DNA of 64,000 bases, taken from assembly GCA_013265495.1 (NCBI GenBank), contig MU057640.1, forward strand, positions 1,187,303 to 1,251,302. The letters run 5' to 3'. Made by a program: the position numbers and the translations under genes. Shown piece after piece: positions 12,151 to 23,600 of this stretch (positions within the stretch are counted from its first letter, which is position 1; the number at the start of each line of letters is the position of its first letter). The notes under the pieces were generated by a model. That model was not told the origin of the DNA and did no database searches. It saw only the letters and a program-made list of their open reading frames with translations. The DNA is from Vicugna vicugna. Taxonomy: Eukaryota.

Positions 12151-13740
12151 TGTCAACCTCATGAGTTGTTCAGCAACATGACCAGTCTCCCAGAATGTCT
12201 AATGATCTTTATCTAAACATTCTTTAAAAAAAAAATACAGCCCAATAGGGATCATCTAACAATTTTTTCCCCTACAAAATATGCATCAAGTAAAAAATAT
12301 TTAGGTTAGTATGCTCGTAAGCCTCTTCCCTGGTAGTGAGTTTGAAAAATACCTTTGAGATCTACTTGCAATTAATTTGCCTGAGAAGTTACTTTAACAC
12401 ATAAACACGAAAAGAGTCATACATCGTACTCCATAAACAATGAAGTCCCAGCCTCTGTCCTTTTGGATAATAGGAAAGCATCTTTCATGAAAAGTTTACC
12501 CAAAGCAAATGTGGTGATATTCCAGCAGCAGATTCAGCTGTCAAGTCAAAGATGGGGGGGGGGGTCACAAAAAGTCTCTAATCAGCATCTGAGCCCAAGG
12601 CAAGTTTGTAATCAAATCCTAGAAAGAAGTTATTAGCCCTGCTAGAGCCTTAAACGTTGTTTATATAAAAGTGGGAGCACCCAATGTATCCAGCAAGTCC
12701 GCATATTTAAATACCGCTCATTTCATCGGTGAAAATTCTCTCTAACATCCACTGTCTTAAATCAGAGCCTCACATGTAGATCACAGATAGAGAACGCAGA
12801 GGGCCCTCTGCTGTCAGCTGTCTCTGGAGTATAGACTTTATTTAGGACTTTCAAACGCTAACTAACCATGCCTTTGGTGTATAATTTCTGATTAGAGTAC
12901 TTCAAATATTAACTAACTGCCTCTGAAGTATAGATAAAAACCAACTAATACAGATTTTACACTGCCTACGCAGAAGTGCTTTAAAGTAAATCGCAAACAA
13001 TGTAATAGATAAACACTAATGGACAGAACACTACCATCCCATGAGGCTGGCTCAGGTCACTTATTCATCTGTGTGTAGAGCACATAATCACTGCCTTGTT
13101 ACACTCTTTCTGTAAGACAAAACTGCACACTGAACAGTGATACAAACTCATCGTGAAAAGCCATGAAATGCCCTTGATGATAGAAACCATATTATATTTT
13201 TAAATCCCTACAACCCACTGTCTTATATAAAATACATTTAAATTCTGAGAAAGCATTCATAGTTTATTGAATAACACTGCCATCTCAGTGGCATGCCATT
13301 CCTTCTAAATTTACCATTTCCTTTGGCTCTGGGTAACAGTTTCAATAGTTTGCAAATCCAAGTCCACGCCCTTGAAAGTGCTCAATGTGACACGCTCAGG
13401 TTATACCATGACATTCCCTCTTCACTGACACCATCCATCTTCAGGACATCCTCCTGCAGGAGAAGAATCCACCTTTGTCTGCATCCTTACTCGGATAGGA
13501 GAAGTGGGTGGGATCTATCCTGTCAATCTTAGTACACTCGTTATTAAGCGCTGACCCAGGCTAATTCTGAGGCTGACCCAGGAAGACTGAAAAGGAAAAT
13601 TTAAGGTGATGGTAGGAAGGCTATACCCAACCAGTTGAAGGTTATTGGCAATTACCCAGTTTTTAAAGCAGGGAAAAATCTGTTTTTATGAAGCTTACTG
13701 GTAGCTAATTGCTTGAAAATGTTCAACAGAACACAATTGC

Positions 13741-13940
13741 TTTTTTTTTTAATCAAAAAAATTTTTTCATTGAAGTACAGCCAGTTTACAATGTTGTGTC
13801 AATTTCTGGTGTACAGTATGTTTCAGTCATACATACACATACATTTATTTGTTTTCATATTCTTTTTCATTATAGGTTACTACGAGATATTGAATATAGT
13901 TCCCTGTGCTGTACAGTATAAACTTGCTGTTTATCTATTT
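13741..13940 (-). mobile_element. Short L1 3' end, lineage-specific family
   Basis: poly(T) then ttgaagtacagccagtttacaatgttgtgtcaatttctggtgtacag...gatattgaatatagttccctgtgct. Confidence 0.9.
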
Positions 13941-14483
13941 CTCAGGCATTCAGTCAGCTCCCAGTAGCCTTCCTTTTCTAACGTAGGCCCAGCTTATTAC
14001 AACTGTTTCCAAAGGGCTGGCCATAGTATTTTATTATGAGGAAACATCACTATGTTGTTTGAAAAAGAAGGCCAATTAGATGCTGTTAAGATGAAAGACA
14101 CACTCTTCACTGAAATGATGTGTATTGTAGTAAGATTCATGTGTAATGTAGTCATGTGAAAGATAGTTCAAAAAATGAGCTATTAGACGAAAATCTCCAC
14201 TTTGCAATTAATACAAAAATAAATTTCATGACAGGCATTCTATGTACAACTTAGGACTCTATTAACTAGTCAGCTAGATTAGTTCTTAAAATTAAAGATC
14301 AGATACCTAAGGCGATTTGTCCAAGTCGGCAGAAAGAAAAGGAAAAACATGACAAGGAGGTGCTGGCAAAAAACCAGAGAAGACAGTCTATTAAGTGGAT
14401 ATCAGGATGCTAACAGAATTAGACATGAACTTGATAAGAAATCCTAGAAAGGTGCTCAAAGACATCTTAAGGCTGGCTGTAAA

Positions 14484-14965
14484 GGACTATAACAGTTTGC
14501 TTTTTTTTTTTTTAATGGTGGCAAATTATCTGATACTCCTCTCATCAAGAACGGGTCTCTGCCCCCCTCCTCTTGAGTGTGTGGGTGGCCATATGACTGC
14601 ATCAACCAGTACAATCACCATGTGAGTTTTGAGTCTGGGTTGGAAACGGCTGTATAGCTTTCACCTGGTTTTGTTGGAATATTCGCTCTAGGGGAAGCTG
14701 GTGCCTGTGTAAGATTCTGACTACTCTAAAACTGCCCTGCTGGAGAGGCCATGTGCAGACACTCTTGTCAGCCAACAGGCGGCATCAGCTACCAGCCATG
14801 GGACAAACCACCTGGGACATCCAGCCCAGTCGAACCTTCAGATGATTGCAGCCCCAGTATGCATGTGACTGCAATTACACGTGAGGCACTAAGTAAGAAC
14901 TATTGAGTCCTTCTGAATTTCTGGCCCTGAGATAATTCAACTTATAACAAAAGTAACCAGAACAA
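14484..14965 (+). mobile_element. MaLR LTR, MLT1F/G/H-like
   Basis: aatggtggcaaattatctgatactcctctcatcaag...ccagcccagtcgaaccttcagatgattgcagcccc...gtaaccagaaca. Confidence 0.75.
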
Positions 14966-16139
14966 GAACTGATTTGTTGACCTATGGGAGATTTGGGTGA
15001 GAATTTTACAAACAGAATATTTTGTGACATTAGGCTAACTTAAAAAAAAAAAAGTAAAAATTCAATGTGTTGGCTGGTTCTGGCAAACTGTCTTAATAAC
15101 TGTGGAGCCTTCTTTTCTTTCCAGATCTAGAAAAGTGCCCCTCTTCTGCAGACACCAAATAAAACTCAAGTAAATTACTCCTTAACTCCAAAATCCATTT
15201 TCTCACATTGTATTTCACCAGAAGTCCCACTGGGTACTAAAATATTTTCTCAAAACATACAGATTTGAGATATAAAGACAAATTTTTTCTTTTAAAAGTA
15301 TTTTGTTGTCTTCAAGCCCAAACTGAATCAAATCCTTCTTAGTTGCTCCTGAACTAAACCTTTTTCACTAATAGTTTTATTCTTAAAGGTTTTGCTAGCT
15401 CTGAATCAAGTTCTGTTGTGACTCATGTGGTGTGTGGGTAGCAGCTAAAGACTTTCTAGAAGGGTAAGTTACTCCAGGGAAAACATCCCGAATGATTTTG
15501 AAAACTACATTGTAACAGTTATAAAACATCCATGGCACAACCTGCAGGCAGCCCTAGAATTAACCTTAACCACAAGGATGAGCAGCAGGCACATGGTTAG
15601 AAATGGAATAAACTGGAAAAATAACCTTTGAAAGAGTGGGTTAGAACAAAGGTCTGTGCTCACTTAAAAAAAAAAATCTGACAACTGATCTAAAAGAAGA
15701 CAGGTGCCTTAGAATTAGGAGGCGTTGGAAGGAAATCGAAAGTACAAGCAGAGTCTCGTTCAGCCTCTAGACAAGATCTTTCTCATTCACACACACACAC
15801 CCCACCTTGGAAAATTATCTTAAAGCCATAAAATCAGACTGTGACTTACTTTAGTTCTTCATGGCAGACCCTCCTGCACTGATCTTACCTCCCATGTAGC
15901 ATTAAAAGGACTCAACATGAATCAGGCTGACCAAATCTTTCGGTCTGTTCACAGCCAGAATTTGGCAAAACTACAACAGAGAAAAGTTATGCTCATTGCT
16001 CTCCTGCTTTTTCTTTCTGACCAAGTAGATGTGACCCATTTGGCTGAGAGCCCTTTATAAGGGACCGTTTCCATAATGGGGACTTTTCCAGCTCCCCTTC
16101 CCCCACCCACCAAAAGTTGTCCTTCCAGTTTCCTGTCCT

Positions 16140-16660
16140 CTGAGTGTTAAAAATCCCTCTGTTGCATCTCCAAGGCTTCTGGGGAAGAAAAAAATCCAAA
16201 CTCCCTAGCTTAGTATTTAAGAATATCCACCATTTAAGATCCAGATTCTTTTTAAAGCTATGTTTCTCATGCTCCCCGTCTCCAGATATTATTCATTGCT
16301 TCTTCTGTTGTTGGGGTTCACCATGCACTTTTCCACAACCATATCTTTATCTGTACCTTGCCCCAACCCAGAATGCCCTCCTCCCATGCCAAACATACAG
16401 AAGTCCACTTCTTTTTTAAGACCCATATCAAATCTGACCATCTCCATGTAGCGTTCTCCCCCTGCCCAACCCCTAATGATAGTGTCCTCCTCTGAATCCT
16501 CTGTCACTCATTTGGCCCTTAGCAGGTGCTGTGTCACCATGCTATTCATTTGTTTACGTGTTTCTTTCTCAGTGTGGGGCAGTGAGAGTACCTGTATCTT
16601 TGGTATCGCTGACGCACCACGCTCCACACTCAACTTCTATTAGACGACATGAATGCTGCA
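16140..16660 (+). mobile_element. Degenerate L2
   Basis: cagaatgccctcctccc...cttttttaagacccatatcaaatctgaccatctccatg L2-type motifs. Confidence 0.5.
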
Positions 16661-16882
16661 GTCGGGAGACAATCCACGTCACAAACTCCTTGGTACTCTT
16701 CCCAGAAACGTAATATTTTGTTGTCATCATTGCTTTCAACAATGCAGAAACTCTTAGGAATAGATGTAAAGATAAATTTTTAGCTCCTTAGGAGACAAAT
16801 GGAGAAGATAGACTGAGGCAGCTCAGCTGACCCTTTAGACCAAAGTAGGGTCTCCCTGAACATTTACTGCTCTGTCACAGCC

Positions 16883-17381
16883 TGTATGTCCTTGTACTTA
16901 GGTCAGAAACCTGTGCACTCTCCCAAAGTCCCTTGCCCACCTCCTTCCCTTTGTCCTGATTGGTGTCCTCCCTGTGCCAAATCACCTCTCCACTTGGGGA
17001 CTCAAACATCCACTTGCAGAGCATGGGATCCTGCCAGCCTTCGTGGCTGTCGAGGGGCCAGCTGATGATCCCAGAAGGGAGGGAGAGTTTGCTTCCTGGG
17101 GAAGGTGAAACTCAATCATGAGAAATAGGAAATGGGAGGAGCAAGGCGGATAAATTCTTCCTCCTCTTTTTCACCTGTTATGTCCCTTGTCTCTTTGTGG
17201 CTCATTGTGAGGTGGTGACTAGTGTGTGATGTACTGATTGCATCACTGCCCATCCTCATTGGTCACTCCTCTTTTTCCTTTATTCTCCCTGCTTTGGACT
17301 TGCACCTCCCTGAGGTGCACTTAAGGGTAGCACTTAATCTTTACCTCAGGCTCTGTTTTCTGGAGCAACCAGGCTAGGACA
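16883..17381 (+). mobile_element. ERVL LTR, LTR16-like
   Basis: Ends ...taatctttacctcaggctctgttttctggagcaaccaggctaggaca; internal ccagaagggagggagagtttgcttcctggggaagg. Confidence 0.7.
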
Positions 17382-17559
17382 GTTCTGTTTATAAACATCA
17401 CATTTTATTATTGAGACACGGAGTTCCCCTTCACAGAATGGGGTACAAATAACAGCTTTCCAGGAGCATCTCTAAGTTCCACACTTGAGCTTCCATCTCC
17501 CCACTTTATTGAAAGTCTGCCATTCTTCCTGGAATCTTCTTCCTCTTATAGACTCCAAA

Positions 17560-17900
17560 TTTTACTAATGTACAGAGAGCCAGACCGGGGCATTTTGAAT
17601 CACTAATCGCATCATGATAGCCCCTCGAGGCTGGAAGACGTCCAGGTCTTGCTTTTAAAAGAATTGATACATGCATCCCTGGCTCTTGTCTCCTTCCTTC
17701 TGGCTAAGAAATTAAGGAAACTGGGATAGCTTCCTTGTCTTGAGATGGAAATCACAAGTGGGAAATGACAGAGTTATTCAAATAGTCCTGGAAAGCTTAT
17801 GTCTGGAATGCTACACATGAGGAAAAAAAATTTTCTGTCTTGCTCAAGCCATTGCGTTTTGAGGTCTCTTTTATGATAGCAGCTTAACTTGTCCCATGCT
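17560..17900 (+). mobile_element. MaLR LTR fragment (MLT1)
   Basis: ttgctcaagccattgcgttttgaggtctcttttatgatagcagcttaac is an MLT1 3' end. Confidence 0.55.
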
Positions 17901-18149
17901 TGCTCTGGAACCCTGCTGTCACTGCACTGAGAAATGTCTCTGTCGGACATGTCACTGCTTTTGCTGCTGGTCCTCGAGTCTGTTGTCACGGCCTGCTGAA
18001 ACCCCAGCATTCTGAAGATGTGTTCTCCTGTGTGACATACGAAAGTTCTTGTTTCCAGTCACCAACCCACAGTCAAACAGGCTCAGTCTATGTGAATAAG
18101 TACGAGAGGGAATATGTTGTCTGTGGAAGAGTCTAAGGGATTACGATTT

Positions 18150-18635
18150 TAATCTCTCCCTTTTCCTTACTAATGGAAACCTGATTTTGTAATGGAGTAG
18201 CATTTACCATTCTCCCCTGCCCCATATAGCTTTTGCCCAAGGTTAAAAAAAAAAAAAAGCCACTGTTCCCCAACTTCTTGTATCTGAGAGTGCCCACGTG
18301 ACACAGTTTTAGAACAAGTGACTTCAGGGAAGATTTTAATTTCCCATCACTGGCACTGCTCTTCACACCTTGCCACTTCCTTTCGTTCTCAGCGAACGGA
18401 AAGTGAGTATGAGACCCGAGGTGGAACAGCCATTTTGCAAACTCGAGGAGGAAAGTCTGATGCTTGGGATGGCAGAGCAGGAGGACAGAAAGATCCTGAA
18501 ACACTGACAGCATCATGGAGCCACGGCACCAGCCTTCACCTGCCTGGCCAGCCCGTTTGCTATCTGAGGGAAAATGAGCCCCAATTTGGTTAAGCTCCCG
18601 TAGTCAGGACTCCATCATGTGCAGGCAAAAGCCAT
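18150..18635 (+). mobile_element. MaLR LTR (MLT1I/J-like)
   Basis: ttcccaacttcttgtatctgagagtgcccacgtgacacagttttagaacaag...gaggtggaacagccattttgcaa...gatggcagagcaggaggacagaaagatcctg. Confidence 0.65.
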
Positions 18636-18789
18636 CTCTAACGGACATGCCCCACCAGAAGCCCTGGGTTTCTTTCAAGCATTTGTCAAACTGTACCCAG
18701 CAGTCTTCAAGTTATACCTCAATTGTTTTCCTCCAAAACAAACAAATAGAATTAAAGTTCTACCTTACAAAAAGTGTAGTGCACCCAAA

Positions 18790-19250
18790 TTACTTGTTTA
18801 TTGCTTGTATTTCCTACTAAACTCTAAGCTCCATGAAGGCAAGAGCTGTGCAGGTCTTATTCATTGCCTTGGCCCCACGGTCTACCCCACTGCCTGGCAT
18901 ATGTCTCCAAATGTATCTTGGATAGAATGATTACTAGACAAAAGGATTCAAACACACAATTATCTACTTACTTAAATGACTCGTTATTGGAATGCAACTC
19001 ATCCATACATTTATCCACTCATCCATTTAACCAATAGTAATTGCCCACCATGTGATGTGCACAGTGGCAGTAACAGAGGATCCTTATGCCATGCAGAAGG
19101 CAAAGTCACCGCCCTCAATGAGCTTAACTTCTAGTGGGAGGGACAATCAACTCTTAACCAGAAAACTAAGAGATTCAGATAGTGGTAAGCATGGAGGCAG
19201 AGGAGTGACTTCCCCTGGAGCATTACTGGAAGAACATATTTAAGCACAAT
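18790..19250. mobile_element. Two L2 3' fragments in opposite orientations
   Basis: + strand ctaaactctaagctccatgaaggcaagag...tgcctggcat (18815-18930); - strand catccatttaaccaatagtaattgcccacc...gagcttaacttctagtggg (19000-19250). Confidence 0.55.
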
Positions 19251-19411
19251 TTATTGTCAGTATATCAACCTGGCTTAAATCTTAATCACGTCAATCTAAA
19301 CAGTCCAAGTCCTGAGAACTAATTGTTTGCTAATGACTAGCAAGGGGTGAGTTGGTCAATTTCCTTCTTTGAATTTAGGACCACAGGCATTTCTGAAGAA
19401 AATAAAGTCAG

Positions 19412-19540
19412 AGAAAGGAAGGGAGGAAGAAAGGAAGGGAGGAAGGAAGGGAGGAAGGAAGGGAGGGAGGAAGGGAGGGAGGAAGGAAGGAGAAAGAGAG
19501 GGAGGGGAAAGGAGGGAGGGAAAGAGGGGGAGAAGAAGGA
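19412..19540. repeat. GGAA/GGAG purine-rich microsatellite
   Basis: Directly visible imperfect (GGAA/GGGA)n run. Confidence 0.95.
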
Positions 19541-20369
19541 ATTTTATCCTCCTATTAAGCAGCCTTCCTCTTTCCTATCCAGAAAGAGATGCTACACAGG
19601 ACAGAAACAGGGCCAAAGGGGAGGATCTTCTCTGAAAGTAGATGGCACTGGAAAGAACTGCCAACATCCTACAGAAACAGCCTTTGAACTCTCCTAGGCT
19701 CAAAAGAATATTTTATATTAATAATTTTGCAGCTTTTGTTTGTGCTTCAAACTCTCTAACAGCCTCAACTATTGTTACCCTTCAAATCCTCTCGGGTTCT
19801 CTGATGTGATTCCTGATTCCCCAGCCAAGCAAACGCTCCTGAAATCCTAGGAGAACCACTATGACTCTCCTCATGTGCTCAGGCCCTCTGTCCACCACGT
19901 GCGCTCCAAAACCAGAGCAAGCTGCCTCTGTAGGACTTTGCTCTTGTAAGAACGGAAGAGTACTTTTAATTTCTAAAATCCAGAGATGCCTGCAATATGA
20001 CCTGGCTCAGGCATCCTAGAAATTAACATCACATTTCTTTATATACTGATTTCATTTGGCAACTTGATGAAGGGAAAAAAAAATTAACTTGGTCATGTTA
20101 GTTAGACATGTGTGTGTGTTTCAGTGCTGGTTAAACAATTGTTTACAATTTAAATACAACTGTAATTTAACCCCAAGCCGTAAGTCCAATAAACATTTTC
20201 CATCTAAAAAAAAATTTAATACAATTGTCTCTTTCGATGGGTAAGTTAGAACGGCCAGGATGGGTAAAAGCTAGCTGCACCCAGCTGAAGGTCGTATTGA
20301 GGGAGGGAGATTGTATTGGAGAGAAAGTTTCTAGGTTAGCAGTGCTGTCACCTCCAGGAATGGGACTAG

Positions 20370-20529
20370 CAGGGCCAGGACTCGGGTGAAGTGAGTGAGG
20401 CATCTAGGGAACAAAATGTAAGGAGGCCATCACTCTTGGGTGCTGACCCTGCACTTGGACAACGCTGAGAGGGAGACCTCTGCACTCTGTGCCCAGGTAC
20501 CCACTCACTGCATCTAGTTCTGAGCTCTG
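20370..20529. mobile_element. hAT-Tip100 MITE, MER91A-like
   Basis: cagggccaggactcgggtgaagtgagtgaggca...ctagttctgagctctg, quasi-palindromic, matches the remembered MER91 consensus. Confidence 0.7.
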
Positions 20530-20659
20530 GTCCTGGGGGACTGAGCTCTGCTAGGGTTACCAGAAGGCAAGTGGATCTACACAGTTCTGTTTATTATCTT
20601 TCTGCAGCATCTAGAACAGCCTCATCCCAGCTGTGGACCAAGCGTTCAGAGTCAGAGGG

Positions 20660-20850
20660 AGATTAATTAGAACAGCTCCCACATAGAGTGCTTTGTGCAC
20701 ACTGTCTCTGCGTCAGTGTGAAACTGACTTAGTTTGACAGATGGCAATGCTGAGGTTAAGTGACTTGCTCAAGGTGACACAGCCAACAACTAGAAGAGTT
20801 AGGAGGTAAGGCTTGACCGCTCTGCTCTCTGGCCTCTTTCAGGACAGGGA
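20660..20850 (-). mobile_element. MIR
   Basis: gacagatggcaatgctgaggttaagtgacttgctcaaggtgacacagc core. Confidence 0.65.
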
Positions 20851-20914
20851 GACTTCAAAGCTGGATAATTGGGGAAGTAGCCATGGGTTTGTGCTAGTTA
20901 AGGCCACATTCAAT

Positions 20915-21070
20915 TCTGGATACCTTGTAATGGTCTATAATGAAAAAGAATATGAAAAATAATATATAAATATGCATAAATGAATCACTGTGCTGTGCAC
21001 CAGAAACTAAAACAACAATGTAAATAAATCATAAGTCAATAAAAAATTAAATTAAATTAAATTAAAAAAA
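20915..21070 (+). mobile_element. Very short L1 3' end, lineage-specific family
   Basis: ccttgtaatggtctataatgaaaaagaatatg...gaatcactgtgctgtgcaccagaaactaa, then an A-rich tail. Confidence 0.85.
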
Positions 21071-21627
21071 CATATAGGATAAGGGTTCAAAAAAGTGATG
21101 TGGAAGGCTGGAAAAACCGCCAGCCCCCAAGTAGTCTCCTCCAAGGAGGGAGATGAAGTGCTGAGAAAGTTCACAAGACAGACACTGTTGGGGACTCTTT
21201 GGGAAGCAGAGAAAGACCAAGAAGCCAACACCATCCTTATTAAAATTATACAGATTTTCTATTTCTTTCACCACCCCTGCTAAACCTGCTGTAATACCCC
21301 ACAAGGCATGAACTGTAACCTTTGCGTTCACTTTCTTTCCTCCTGCAGGAATTATTTGCATTGCAATGGAACAAAAATCGTTTGTCATTCTGCGGGTTCT
21401 CCACACACTAGCCTCTACCCTTACAGAGTTGTAAAATAAGTGAATCAGTCATAAATAGGAAATCACACACAGGTAAACATCCCTAGAAAATCAGATCACC
21501 CCCACGTGGGACCGACTTTTAAACAACACCCAGTGCTGCACTGAAAGGACATCCACTCATCCCTTTCACCTGTTTCCGAGTTTTGAACAACTGTTCGTAA
21601 CAAACCACACCTTTTTAAAGTGCTGTC

Positions 21628-22190
21628 CAGAAATCAGGGACTCAAACAGACATTTGTATATCAGTGTTCACAGCAGTATCATTCACAAGAGCCAAGAGGT
21701 GGAAACAACCCAAATTCCAATTGATAGATGAATGAATAAACGAAATCATAGAATGGAATATTGCTCAGCCGGAAAAAGGAATGAAATTCTGATACATGGT
21801 ACAACGTGATGCAACTTGAGGACACCAAGCTAACTGACATAAGCCAGATACAAAAGGACAAATACTGCATGATTCCACGTATATGAGTTACCAGGAAGAG
21901 TCACATTTATAGAGATGGAAAGTAGAATGGTGGTTACCAGAGGCTGGGGGAGGAAGGAATGGGGAGTTAGAATAATGGGTACACAGTTTGTTTGAGATGA
22001 TAAAAAGTTCTGGAGGTGGATAGTGGTGATGGTTCCCCAACATCGTGCATGTATTTAATGCCACTGAATTGTACACTTAAAAATGGTTAAATGGGGTATG
22101 CATTATTTTGCCACAACAAAAAGGAAAGAAGGGAAGAAGGAAGGGAGGGAAGAAGGAAAGGAGGAAGAAAGGAAGGAAGGAAGGAAGAAA
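21628..22190 (+). mobile_element. L1MB-type 3' end with a GGAA-converted tail
   Basis: Classic L1MB 3' UTR (aaaagttctggaggtggatagtggtgatgg...gaattgtacacttaaaaatggttaa); flanking direct repeat AAAGTGCTGTC at 21617-21627 and 22191-22201. Confidence 0.9.
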
Positions 22191-22249
22191 AAAGTGCTGT
22201 CAGATTGTTGGACTTATATTGAATTTGGGGGGCTTATGATTTTGTTTAC

Positions 22250-22440
22250 TACAGTGTGCCAGGCTCCGTACTAAACAACTCATTTAACCTCCACAGTGCT
22301 GTGAGGAGTTATCAGCTTATTCTATAGATGAGCTACAGAGATTCAGAGAGGGAAGTCAGTTCCCTTAGGTCACACAGCAGAGCCAGTTCTGTCTCCATTC
22401 AAAGCCTATGCTCTTAACCACTCCTCACTACTGCCTCCTC
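22250..22440 (-). mobile_element. MIR
   Basis: tgtgccaggctccgtactaa...ctcatttaacctccacag...gagattcagagagggaagtcagttcccttaggtcacacagc. Confidence 0.7.
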
Positions 22441-23139
22441 TTTCCAGGCAAATCTTCTGCTTCTGAATAAAGCAAATTTCAGGATTACCTATTGTACCAT
22501 CAAGCTCTTTCATCTTGTGCTTTCAAAGAGGGGGAATGAAAATAGCTTTCTCCCATAAATCCATAGTGAGTTTCTGCCCTGGGAGTTCTTACAGCTTCGA
22601 AGTCCCAGTCTTCAGAGCGTTTTTTCTCCCTTTTCATAAGCCTCGGGCTCAGAGTATTCCAGAATTAAGAACCCAGACAAAAGGTCTGTGTGGGGCAGAA
22701 AAGAGAATAAACCATGAAGTGGACAACATCCACAAAAATGAACCAATATGCCCAAAATGTCTGATTAAATGTCTGGAACAAAACCAGACACAGAAGCAAA
22801 GGTTTGGTGGGATTCTAGTAAGAAACAGAATTTTCACTCGACATCTCTTAAGGAAAGGAGCTGTGGCAAGGATAAAATAAACTGCTCCTTTAAAAAAACA
22901 ACTTATTTCTATTAGGTTTTGGAATACATGTTCTACATTTCTACATACTAGCTCTTCAGTTTTGCTAGTCTTACCCAATTATAACATTAGATTAAAAACT
23001 CCCTTTAAGACCAAGAAAGCCCTGGGGCTTCCACACAAAAGGAATGGTTAAGAGACCCCGGGATTCCACAAGCAGCCCCTGAGCACCTCTTAAGTCAGAT
23101 TAGGCTCCCGAAGGAGAAGAGAAAGCATTTATTGAGCTG

Positions 23140-23600
23140 GAGAGAGAAGGAATCGTCCCCCTCTCCGTCCCGACCAGAGAACCCAGCCGCGCGGCACGGA
23201 GCGCGGAATCGGAATCCTGGGAACTTCCGCGCGCCACGGGCGGGAGGGTGGGAGGGTCAGTGGGAGAAGGAAGCCCTGAGTCACCGAATCGATTCTTCTT
23301 TTATCCTCCCCTGTGGGCGGAAGTGTGGCAAACTGCTCGTTTCCCAGCTCCTCTGAGTGAGAGCAGCAGGAGTTAGTGGCTAAGGAGCGGGGGTGGTATT
23401 GTGTTGACTTGTAATTAGAACCGAGGAAACCTCAGTCAAACCCGAGCCACAGCCCTGCTGGGCGGCTGCCCACGGGCTGCTCCTGGCGAAGCTGTCAGGG
23501 AGGGACACCTGCCTCGCTGCTCCCTCACCTCCCCGCTCGTCTGCGCCACCCCCTCCACCCCCGCACAGGTCAAGCTCGAATTTGCTGCCCCAGGAAATCG
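23140..23600. promoter_or_regulatory. CpG-rich promoter/enhancer of unknown target
   Basis: About 30 CpGs in ~450 bp against a CpG-depleted background; kB site GGGAACTTCC 23219-23228, GC boxes 23238-23243 and 23315-23320, AP-1 TGAGTCA 23277-23283, ETS CGGAAGTG 23318-23325. Confidence 0.7.

Noticed and set aside
11611..12181. Cluster of overlapping ORFs up to 151 aa
   Set aside because: They lie in a GC-rich LTR33-like element and show no recognisable protein similarity.
19347..19697. Arg/Lys/Glu/Gly-rich ORFs
   Set aside because: Translation of the GGAA microsatellite.
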